IMG/VR virus record: IMGVR_UViG_3300049044_000033
Coordinates: 222,796-286,795 of that record
Origin: a virus
Taxonomy: Duplodnaviria > Heunggongvirae > Uroviricota > Caudoviricetes
DNA length: 64,000 nucleotides
Strand: one strand, 5' to 3'
Both the position numbers and the translations under genes were made by a program. The first letter of the stretch is position 1, and each line of letters begins with the position of its first letter. This document shows positions 35,271-43,388 of this stretch, in pieces. The notes beneath the pieces were generated by a model. That model worked only from the letters and a program-made list of their open reading frames with translations, ran no database searches and was not told the DNA's origin.

Positions 35271-35303
35271 AAACGTGAATTGCGCCAGCAATCCACGTTT
35301 TTC
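35271..35303. terminator. hairpin terminator candidate
   Basis: AACGTG...CACGTT stem followed by TTTTCT. Sits between convergent or adjacent transcription units. Confidence 0.35.
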
Positions 35304-35314
35304 TGTTAACCCTT

Positions 35315-35506
35315 TTATTTGATTAGGGCTTCGTCAAACTGTAGTCGAAAACGGAAAGCGTCACTGATTTCAGAGAAGATCAATTCAACTGACTCATCGT
35401 CAACATCAACAATGGCCTCAAGATCGCCCTGCTCTTCAACGAGCCATTCTTCGACTTCATTTTTAGATGCGGCATCAACCCGCAATGTCCATGTGCTTGC
35501 GACCAT
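35315..35506 (-). CDS. small acidic protein, possible distant FKL-family relative
   Basis: 63 aa. C-terminus SDAFRFRLQFDEALIK echoes DALRFKLSF of the 62941 member. Confidence 0.3.
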   Translation of the reverse strand: MVASTWTLRVDAASKNEVEEWLVEEQGDLEAIVDVDDESVELIFSEISDAFRFRLQFDEALIK

Positions 35507-35604
35507 TTGTCCCTCGTCTGTGTTGCTAATAAGTCTTAATTAGCGTCCTACAGCCCTTTTTATCAATATATAGTTTACCAATAAAATTAGGGATAGGTGA
35601 TCAA

Positions 35605-35975
35605 GCCAAAAGAAAATGCCCCGTTTCCGTTGATCAGTCGGGGCCACACTGCACCTAGAGAGTTGATCCTCTAGGGATTGTGAGGCATAGGAGTCTACCG
35701 AAGCTTCTTCCTAACCTCGCCGCAATCAAGCAGCGAGCGCCTCGACAACATTGTTGTCATTTGCATTTACATGCTTGGTCTTTTAGAGGAACCACCCTCG
35801 TCATCTCTCGCAGCCGTTTGCTCCCACGTCGATCCTAAGCTCAGGCCCATCATAACCGCTCTTTGCAGAGCCAAGCCACTCCTTAGGTAAAGTGACTCTC
35901 AGTTATGGTGGACCTGCCGGGTACCGCCCCCGGGTCCGCTAGTCGCTATTAAGCTTTGGTCATCAATAACATCAC
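35605..35975 (-). ncRNA. ssrA: tmRNA (ssrA), circularly permuted two-piece type
   Basis: On the minus strand, an acceptor segment GGAC-CCGGG-GGCGGTA-CCCGG-CAGGTCC-ACCA (T-arm plus 3' acceptor strand plus CCA, ending at plus 35906) lies upstream of a coding segment. That segment starts GGGCCTGAGCTTAGGATCGACGTGGG at plus 35848 (compare E. coli GGGGCUGAUUCUGGAUUCGACGGG) and gives a G3-U wobble with the 3' strand. A PK1-like CGAGGGTGGTTCCTCTAAAAGACC follows, then tag ORF GCA AAT GAC AAC AAT GTT GTC GAG GCG CTC GCT GCT TGA = ANDNNVVEALAA-stop (plus 35765-35727). The terminator hairpin GCCCCG...CGGGGC plus TTTTCTTTT lies at about 35606-35644. The 5' limit of the acceptor piece is not defined. Confidence 0.75.
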
Positions 35976-36009
35976 TCTTATAACATTGGTTTGCCAATGC
36001 GTCAAGAGC

Positions 36010-36306
36010 TTATTCAGCTACTGCCTGCCTATATTGCTCAGCAGCATCTTCCCTTGCGATTGCGGCGCCAACAATGTGTTGTTCGCGGATATCAATTTTA
36101 CCCTTGTTCGCAGCAACCATCCAGGGTGTAAACATTACTCGAGTCTGTGCCGGATTCTCAGGGTTCTCTGCCATGACCATAGCGAGTGGGTTCTTGACCT
36201 CAATAAAGCCCTGAAGCACATCTACTTGCTCGGCAATGATTTCCTCACCGGTGATCAGCTTATAGGCCATAATGAGTGGCGTAGCCGGTGCCTTTTCCTT
36301 CAACAT
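36010..36306 (-). CDS. hypothetical protein (98 aa)
   Basis: ORF. Confidence 0.4.
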   Translation of the reverse strand: MLKEKAPATPLIMAYKLITGEEIIAEQVDVLQGFIEVKNPLAMVMAENPENPAQTRVMFTPWMVAANKGKIDIREQHIVGAAIAREDAAEQYRQAVAE

Positions 36307-36315
36307 ATCTTTTCC

Positions 36316-36831
36316 TTATATTTTGTGTTTCTGGTTCAGCAGGGCACGGTGGAACCCCTTGTAGAGATCAAGAGTCATATAGCCTACGAACTTGCTATTC
36401 TGCATCAAAGGGTAACGATCAAATGCACCAACGACGACTACACTGTCACCGAAACGCACATAGTCGTCATCTACAATGAGAAAGCTATCTTGAGGTTCGA
36501 CTAGGATTTTCCAATCTTTGTCGCCGCGATTGCTGCCGAGGTAAGCTTCTCCGCAATCCCAGATCCGAACTTCATAAGTTGCTGGGGGGATTGACTTTGC
36601 GACTTGATCAGCTCTATCGCATTCTTCCAAGATATCATTTAATCTTTCCTTTTGACCCTTACCGCCCGAGGCTTTGAGGATTTTTAGTGCCTCTCGCACC
36701 CATAGGGGCTCACTCAGAACATCTATCTCTTCTTGCGACATTTGCCCCACTGAATCAACCAGAGCTTGTAACCGTGGCTTTTTCTTTGCCACGGCTAACA
36801 ACATCTCATCTTTTGAGTAGTAGGATCTCAT
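36316..36831 (-). CDS. hypothetical protein (171 aa)
   Basis: ORF coupled to the glutaredoxin gene. Confidence 0.45.
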   Translation of the reverse strand: MRSYYSKDEMLLAVAKKKPRLQALVDSVGQMSQEEIDVLSEPLWVREALKILKASGGKGQKERLNDILEECDRADQVAKSIPPATYEVRIWDCGEAYLGSNRGDKDWKILVEPQDSFLIVDDDYVRFGDSVVVVGAFDRYPLMQNSKFVGYMTLDLYKGFHRALLNQKHKI

Positions 36832-37187
36832 GCGTTCTTAAAGTGAGCATCCAGTTCAGTAAAGCCACCGATATATTGCTCACCTAGCCAAATCTGAGGG
36901 ACTGTGCGAGGGGCTGCGCCAGTAGCAGCAGTGACCTTTTCAATCAATTCTTCGCGCAAGTCAACTGCGCTTAGTTCAACATATTCGATACCCTTGCTCT
37001 CAAGCAAATTCTTAGCGCGAACGCAGAATGGGCAATTGGGCTTGCTATAAACTGTTGCTGACATAATATCTTTCCTTGAGTTTTCTTCATACCAGACGAA
37101 TGTCTTACGTTTGGTTAGATCAACCGGGCCAGCTTCCAAGAGTGCTTTCTTGGTTGCTGCCCAGTCTGATTCAAATAGTTTGCTCAT
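36828..37187 (-). CDS. glutaredoxin (NrdC/NrdH-like redoxin for RNR)
   Basis: CPFC active site in YSKPNCPFCVRAKNLL, Grx fold. Immediately downstream of nrdB. Confidence 0.7.
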   Translation of the reverse strand: MSKLFESDWAATKKALLEAGPVDLTKRKTFVWYEENSRKDIMSATVYSKPNCPFCVRAKNLLESKGIEYVELSAVDLREELIEKVTAATGAAPRTVPQIWLGEQYIGGFTELDAHFKNA

Positions 37188-38317
37188 CAGAGCTTGAAAG
37201 TGCTGAAATCGTCGTCACTGGCATCCTGCTTGACGCCGCCAACCACATAGCTCGAAATCTCAGTTTCCTGAGGAGCCACCTGAACCGACTTGCTGGCGAT
37301 CCAGCTAGAAGTCCATGGCAGAGGATTACGAGCAGGAACACTGAACGGAGCCTTGAGACCAACACCGCGCATACGAGTGCCTGCGATATAGTCCACATAC
37401 TCATTCAGCAGAGCTTCGTTGAGACCGATGATGCTACCATCCTTAAACAGGTACTTGGCCCAAGTCTTTTCCTGATCAATAGCAGACAGATACATCTGAA
37501 CCGCTTGTTCCTCAGTTTCCTGAGCAATCTTGATGTAGTCAGCATCATCTGACTTCAAGATGTTACGAAGCAGGTTCTGAGTGGCTGCTAAGTGGAGGTT
37601 TTCGTCACGCGCAATGAACTTGATGATCTTTGCGTTACCTTCCATTCGCTTGTTTTCCGCGAACGCCCACGAGCAAGCAAAGGAAACATAGAAGCGAACA
37701 CCCTCAAGAATGTTGACGCTCATCAGGGTCAACCAAAGCTTCTTCTTCAGTTCATAGGTATCAACCTTAACTGTTTCGCCGTTGACCGTGTGAGTACCTT
37801 CACCTAAGAGTTGATACCACTTAGAAGCCTCAATCAAGTCATCATAGTTGGCAGAGATATCTTTAGCGCAATCTACAATTTCCTGGATTTCCTTCATTGT
37901 GTCGAAGACTTCGCCGGGATTGCTGTAGACGTTACGAATAATGTGGGTATAGGAACGACTGTGGATCGTTTCAAAGAACGCCCAAGTCTGTGCCCAAGTT
38001 TCCATTTCAGGCAAGCTCGTGATACCGCCGAACGCTTGAGTGGGCGAACGACCCTGAACCGAGTCAAGCAGAATCTGACGCTTGAGGTTCGAGGTAAAGA
38101 TGTGCTTCTCATGATCAGTCAGCTTCGCGAAGTCACCACGATCAGTGTTGAGATCGACTTCTTCAGGACGCCAGAAGAAGCCCAGCTGCTGACTGGTCAG
38201 ATGTTCCAGTTCAGGATACTTGACCTGATCGAATCGCTGAATGTCTACAGGACCCGAGGGATCGAAGAACATTCTAGCCGTTAAGTGATCGACCTTATTT
38301 AGGTTAAAGACGCTCAT
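37187..38317 (-). CDS. nrdB: ribonucleoside-diphosphate reductase beta subunit (class Ia)
   Basis: 376 aa. Diiron/tyrosyl ferritin-like motifs EGVRFYVSFA...ARDENLH. Confidence 0.9.
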   Translation of the reverse strand: MSVFNLNKVDHLTARMFFDPSGPVDIQRFDQVKYPELEHLTSQQLGFFWRPEEVDLNTDRGDFAKLTDHEKHIFTSNLKRQILLDSVQGRSPTQAFGGITSLPEMETWAQTWAFFETIHSRSYTHIIRNVYSNPGEVFDTMKEIQEIVDCAKDISANYDDLIEASKWYQLLGEGTHTVNGETVKVDTYELKKKLWLTLMSVNILEGVRFYVSFACSWAFAENKRMEGNAKIIKFIARDENLHLAATQNLLRNILKSDDADYIKIAQETEEQAVQMYLSAIDQEKTWAKYLFKDGSIIGLNEALLNEYVDYIAGTRMRGVGLKAPFSVPARNPLPWTSSWIASKSVQVAPQETEISSYVVGGVKQDASDDDFSTFKL

Positions 38318-38544
38318 TTGGCCCCTTTCAGTTTGTTGATTTCATATTCGATTGTGCGGAGACGAACAGAGATATAGATTGCCAGACTTCCTGCTAGGCA
38401 TTCACGACCATTGGCCAAAATGTCATTGGGAACCTTCTGGTTATCAATGGCTACCATGAAGGGTAAATCTGGTTGACCCACTTTGTAGATCATCTGTTTC
38501 AAATATTCTCGCTCTTCTTCGAGAGCTTTTATCTGGGCGTTCAT
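38314..38544 (-). CDS. hypothetical small protein between nrdA and nrdB
   Basis: 76 aa ORF overlapping the nrdB start. Confidence 0.4.
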   Translation of the reverse strand: MNAQIKALEEEREYLKQMIYKVGQPDLPFMVAIDNQKVPNDILANGRECLAGSLAIYISVRLRTIEYEINKLKGAK

Positions 38545-38641
38545 CGCCTTCTCCTTTTCACCAGAATACTAGAAACTGGTGGGAAAGTCTATCTTTGACA
38601 GACAAGCCCGCGAGCGAAAATCACCCGCGGGCTCATTGACC

Positions 38642-40954
38642 TCAAAGCTTACAAGAGTCGCAGTCGTCGTCTTCAAGAAGTTCCAACTGACCTTCCTCAG
38701 TTTCAACCTCAGGAGTATCCTTCAAAAGAGTGATATCTTCCTGACCATCATAGGTGTTGAAGTAGTAGAGGTTCTTACCGCCATACTTGTAGAAAGTTAG
38801 CAAGTCAGTGATCATATCCTTCATCGAGATCTCACGATCAGGATAATGCTCTGGATTGTAGGAAGTGTTGATGCTCGCACTCTGATCCAGGTACTTATTC
38901 AACACACAAGCAATCTTCAGATAACCACGCGGGCTCTTCTGATCCCAAAGGAGTTCATACTTGTTCTTCAGCTTGCCAATCTCAGGAACAACCTGCTTCA
39001 AAACACCGTGCTTGCTAACCTTCTCACTAACTAGCGCACGAACTGGCTCAATGCCGTTTGTGGAGTTCGAGAGCTGTGCAGAAGTCTCAGCTGGCATGAG
39101 TGCCATCAGTGTGGTGTTGCGAATGCTAGTGTTGAGCAACTGAGTGCGAAGCTCTTCCCATGGCATACGGAACTCGGGAGCAACTAGCTCGTTGACTTCT
39201 TCCTTGTAGGTGTCGATAGGCAGAATACCCTTGGAGTATTTGCTCATGTCAGCCCTTGGAGCAGCACCTTTTTCTACTGCCAAATCAGCCGAAGCCTTGA
39301 TCAGATAGTAGGACATGCCTTCCATGTATTCATCAACTAGAGGCAACGCACCGTCATCATACTTCAAGCCATTCTTAGCCAAGAAGTAAGCTAGGTTAAT
39401 GATGCCCACGCCTAAGGGACGAAGTTCCTTGGTCGCAAGTTCAGCTGCCTTAACGGGGTAGTTCTGATAGCTGAGGATCTCATCGAGGAATCGAACAACC
39501 AGCTTGGCTGGCTTTTCGAAATCGTGAGGTGTCTTAACTCGACCCCAATTGAGAGCACTTAAGGTGCAAAGGCTGATACGACCATTAGGGTCATCAAAGC
39601 TCTGCATTGGCACTGTGGGAAGAGTGATTTCCTGACACAGGTTGGACTGTGTGATTGGCGCTAGTTCAGGAATATAAGAGCCATGCGAGTTGGCATGGTC
39701 AATATTCATGAGGTAGATACGACCAGTTTCCTTACGCTCGGTCATGAACGTAACGAACACATCCAAAGCCTTCATGGACTTCTTACGGATCGTTGGATCG
39801 TTCTCATACTGAACGTAGAGTTCGTCGAACTTGTCCTGATCAGCGTAGAAAGCATCTAGGAGACCTGGCACATCCTTAGGGCTGAAGAATGTGATGTTAC
39901 CACCTTCAACGAGACGCTTATACATCATGCGGTTGAAGAGGAAGCTGTAGTCCAACTGACGGATACGATTGAATTCAGTACCCTTGTTGTTCTTCAGAAC
40001 GACCAGATCCTCAAACTCGTAATGCCATAGCGGGAAGTGAACCGTAGCAGCACCACCACGAACGCCACCCTGCGAACAGCTCTTAACTGCTGCTTGCATC
40101 CAGCGCACGAAAGGCAGAAGACCAGTATGCTCTGCATCACCGTTCCTGATCTTGCTACCAAGAGCACGAACACGACCCATGTCAATACCTAGGCCGGCCT
40201 TCTGGCTGATATACTTGATCACGCTGCTATTCGTGGCAACCAGAGAATCCAAGGAGTCATCAGTCGCGATAGTAACGCAAGAGCTGAACTGCTTCTGGGG
40301 AGTCCTCAGTCCTGCCATAATGGGCGTAGGCAAGCTGATGTCAAACTGGCTAACTGCGTCGTAGAAGTCCTTAACATAATCCATACGAGTTTCGCGTGGA
40401 TAAGCCATGAACCCGATTGCGCTGATGAGAACCAGAGCAATCTGTGGAGTCTCGAAGAACTGACCAGAAACGCGATCCTTGACAAGGTATTTGCCGCGCC
40501 ACTGTTCCATGCCCGCATAGGCGATCAAGTCATCGCGCTGATGCTTGACAATCTTCTCAATCTTCTTCCAATCATCTTCGGAATAGTTGTCGAGCAGTTC
40601 CTGGGTATAATGACCCAGCGAAACGTTCTTCTCAACAACCTGCTTGACTGTCCATGGTTCATAGCGGCCATAGACTTCCTTACGAAGCTGATAAGATGCG
40701 AGACGACTCGCAACATACTGATAGTTTGGAGTATCTTCACTGATCAGTTCACTAGCACTCTTAACGAGCAGCTCGTGAATCTTAGTGCTCAAAACACCGT
40801 CTTCCAACTGTAGCTTGGCGCGGAGTTCAATCTCCGAAGGCGAAACGCCTGCAAGTTCTTCACAAGCCCAGAAGACAACCTTATGGATTTTCTCGAGGTC
40901 CAATGCCTCTTTTCGGCCGTCCCGCTTGACGACCATAATTGGTGTGTTGCCCAT
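38642..40954 (-). CDS. nrdA: ribonucleoside-diphosphate reductase alpha subunit (class Ia, with ATP-cone)
   Basis: 770 aa. N-terminal ATP-cone (VVKRDGRKE), catalytic Cys/Asn/Glu region, C-terminal CxxC tail (CDSCKL). Confidence 0.9.
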   Translation of the reverse strand: MGNTPIMVVKRDGRKEALDLEKIHKVVFWACEELAGVSPSEIELRAKLQLEDGVLSTKIHELLVKSASELISEDTPNYQYVASRLASYQLRKEVYGRYEPWTVKQVVEKNVSLGHYTQELLDNYSEDDWKKIEKIVKHQRDDLIAYAGMEQWRGKYLVKDRVSGQFFETPQIALVLISAIGFMAYPRETRMDYVKDFYDAVSQFDISLPTPIMAGLRTPQKQFSSCVTIATDDSLDSLVATNSSVIKYISQKAGLGIDMGRVRALGSKIRNGDAEHTGLLPFVRWMQAAVKSCSQGGVRGGAATVHFPLWHYEFEDLVVLKNNKGTEFNRIRQLDYSFLFNRMMYKRLVEGGNITFFSPKDVPGLLDAFYADQDKFDELYVQYENDPTIRKKSMKALDVFVTFMTERKETGRIYLMNIDHANSHGSYIPELAPITQSNLCQEITLPTVPMQSFDDPNGRISLCTLSALNWGRVKTPHDFEKPAKLVVRFLDEILSYQNYPVKAAELATKELRPLGVGIINLAYFLAKNGLKYDDGALPLVDEYMEGMSYYLIKASADLAVEKGAAPRADMSKYSKGILPIDTYKEEVNELVAPEFRMPWEELRTQLLNTSIRNTTLMALMPAETSAQLSNSTNGIEPVRALVSEKVSKHGVLKQVVPEIGKLKNKYELLWDQKSPRGYLKIACVLNKYLDQSASINTSYNPEHYPDREISMKDMITDLLTFYKYGGKNLYYFNTYDGQEDITLLKDTPEVETEEGQLELLEDDDCDSCKL

Positions 40955-41046
40955 ACTTTTCCTTGTTCTCTTTTATCTTAGGGCAGATATTTAGTGAACC
41001 CAATTTCTCATTCTGTAGCAGGTTAAAGTGCTTATAGAACTGCTAA

Positions 41047-41499
41047 TTAGACTTCTTCGTGGCCGCCCTCAGGGTTAACACGATAGCTTACCAAATATGC
41101 ACAATCCAGGCGCTCGTTGTCAAAATTGATAACGCGAGCATGGAGATAATTTAGCGCCCACTTGTTATCGACCAGGAGAACCATAGTTTGGAATGACTCT
41201 TTGGAATTACGAACATAATGTAGGCGCAAACGCTCAGGTGCCCATCCGGCTAGGACGAGGGTCTGCTCCATCAGATATGCCTTGGCAGTATCATCGAAAT
41301 CACCTTGGTTCAAAAGTTCCCAAGGAGTTGGCCATGCGGCCGGTTGATCATAATCTAGAACGTACACAGACGTCGGTGCTTGGGATACCCATTCCGTAAC
41401 CGCTTTTAGCTGGTCAGCTTCTTCTAAGTTGGTTAGACTTTGACGGAATTCTCTCCAAGCAGTGAGTCGCTCACTAGGAGACTGTAGAAAGGGATTCAT
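41047..41499 (-). CDS. hypothetical protein (150 aa)
   Basis: ORF. Confidence 0.45.
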   Translation of the reverse strand: MNPFLQSPSERLTAWREFRQSLTNLEEADQLKAVTEWVSQAPTSVYVLDYDQPAAWPTPWELLNQGDFDDTAKAYLMEQTLVLAGWAPERLRLHYVRNSKESFQTMVLLVDNKWALNYLHARVINFDNERLDCAYLVSYRVNPEGGHEEV

Positions 41500-41524
41500 G
41501 ATAATTCTCCTGGGAGAAAGACGT

Positions 41525-42160
41525 TTAGACTATAGGGGTGGACCATTCTCGACCACTCAGCGAAAGCGTTAGTTGAACACCGAAGTTGTTCCTAAACGCA
41601 AGCCAAGTTGTTCCAGTGTCACTACCTGTTAGATCATTACGGGTGAGCTGGAAATGTGCCGACGAACTTGTTGGTAGATTGGCAGTACCGCCTGGCCAAT
41701 TCATTGCGCACATCGATCCAGGGGTAAGATTGACCACGGATGCATCTGGGTTACTGGGATGGACACATACTGTCATAATACCCATTAGCTTCACAGTGCC
41801 ATTAGCATCAGAGAGACTAAAATCATAGGTAGCAAAGTCTCGTTCATGGTGAGTGAATAGAGGAATAACACTCGTCATCTGATTATTAGCTAGACACTTA
41901 ACAGCAACCAGCGGTCCGTGATAATAAACATCACCACCAATACTACGCTGAACATCTAGTTCAGTCAGAAGCTTAATATTTTGGTAAGGATATGATTTCC
42001 TACCAGAGACGCTTGGGTGATTTTGCGCACCAATGAATACCTCTCCGGTATCCGTTGTCATGCCAATCTCACCATCAGCTAGAGCAGTAGGGAGTTCCCC
42101 ACTTGTTCCTCGCCTATGCTGAACCCTCGAGATTTGGTAAACAGCCATGTTATCCTCCAA
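41525..42160 (-). CDS. hypothetical protein (211 aa)
   Basis: ORF. Confidence 0.45.
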   Translation of the reverse strand: MEDNMAVYQISRVQHRRGTSGELPTALADGEIGMTTDTGEVFIGAQNHPSVSGRKSYPYQNIKLLTELDVQRSIGGDVYYHGPLVAVKCLANNQMTSVIPLFTHHERDFATYDFSLSDANGTVKLMGIMTVCVHPSNPDASVVNLTPGSMCAMNWPGGTANLPTSSSAHFQLTRNDLTGSDTGTTWLAFRNNFGVQLTLSLSGREWSTPIV

Positions 42161-42219
42161 TTTACCCTATATTTATTCACTTGGCTTGACTTCTATCCAA
42201 AACTTGCTACAAAGTTCAT

Positions 42220-42621
42220 ATGAGCAATTTTGTTGTGCCAGCGATCGGAACCCGAGTCGAAGTTCTTTCAAGGTATCGGCTACCTTGGATGAATGAATAC
42301 CGTAAGCCAACTATTGGCACAGTAGCCCATAGTAACAAGTGGGATGCACCCGGGACGTTCAGACTCATCAATGTCCAACATGGCCCCTTCGAAGTTACTA
42401 TTTCACTTGACCGAATAGAATACATCAAGGTTGTGAATACATCCAAGACTTCCGACAAGCCACTAGTCTCGGATGTTGCTTCCTTTGAAATCGAGGGAAG
42501 CAAAGGAGACATCTATATTGTGACGCTCGACGGAGACAAGTCCAAATGTACCTGCCCCGCCGGGACACATGGGCGGGAATGTAAGCATGTCAAGAAGGCG
42601 CGGGAAGAGCTCCATTCTTAA
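42220..42621 (+). CDS. SWIM zinc-finger protein
   Basis: C-terminal CTCPAGTHGRECKH fits the CxCxnCxH SWIM signature. Confidence 0.5.
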   Translation: MSNFVVPAIGTRVEVLSRYRLPWMNEYRKPTIGTVAHSNKWDAPGTFRLINVQHGPFEVTISLDRIEYIKVVNTSKTSDKPLVSDVASFEIEGSKGDIYIVTLDGDKSKCTCPAGTHGRECKHVKKAREELHS

Positions 42622-43285
42622 AGAATATGTCTAGGCGGTCTAGCCATTCCTTAACAGCCGCTTCAAACTCGTCACCTTCAAAGACATATTCCTGATAGCT
42701 TAGATCTCTAGCTACCATGAAGATCACGCCACGCTTGATTTCGGTGTCGAATAGCTCATTATGGGCTAAAGCATAGGCGGCGAGCTGACAAGCATAGTTG
42801 TTGATCTTGTCCTTGCTCTTCATCTTATTGGTTGTCTTGTAGTCCATAATGGCAGGTTGACCATCATGGATGCCAATTAAGTCAGCGGTGCCTGCATACA
42901 ATCCTGGGAAGTAGAGCATCTCTTCCATAGCCCATACTTCAGACACTTGGGTTAAGCCTTGGGCAATAATGACATCGGCCATATTACTAGCCATTTGCCT
43001 TACTACATTTGAACCACGTGGGCGTTCTTCACCCATCATGTAATTTTCCAAATGTGTATGCATCAAGGAGCCTAGACCAGCAGCTTCGTCACGAATCTGA
43101 TCAGCTTTCTTGTCACCAACCCAAGCCCGCCATTCCATGAGACCCTTCTTATCCTCAGTAGCACCAAGGATTGTGGTCACACTCGCATGTGGGATTTGTT
43201 GGTCACAAATATAATGACGGGTGCCATTTTCCTGCGTGACTCGTTCAAGGGTGGGATATTTGTAAAGTTTGTTTAAAGGTATCAT
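42590..43285 (-). CDS. PD-(D/E)XK family nuclease (RecB/Cas4-like exonuclease fold)
   Basis: GTADLIGIHDGQPAIMDYKT carries the D...(D/E)xK catalytic triad. C-terminal Q-L-A-Y-A motif. Confidence 0.55.
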   Translation of the reverse strand: MIPLNKLYKYPTLERVTQENGTRHYICDQQIPHASVTTILGATEDKKGLMEWRAWVGDKKADQIRDEAAGLGSLMHTHLENYMMGEERPRGSNVVRQMASNMADVIIAQGLTQVSEVWAMEEMLYFPGLYAGTADLIGIHDGQPAIMDYKTTNKMKSKDKINNYACQLAAYALAHNELFDTEIKRGVIFMVARDLSYQEYVFEGDEFEAAVKEWLDRLDIFFKNGALPAPS

Positions 43286-43388
43286 GTCTTTTCTCTTTAG
43301 CTTACGGATTTTGGGTGTTTCTTGTCTATATCCGATCTAGCCCAGACATGGTAGGGGCGGGGAATTGCCTCCCCGCTCCCTATTTACC

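Noticed and set aside
35560-35980. Standard one-piece tmRNA model for the ssrA locus
   Set aside because: The T-arm/CCA module lies upstream, not downstream, of the tag reading frame, and nothing downstream of the tag can pair with the GGGCCUG 5' strand. A permuted arrangement fits.
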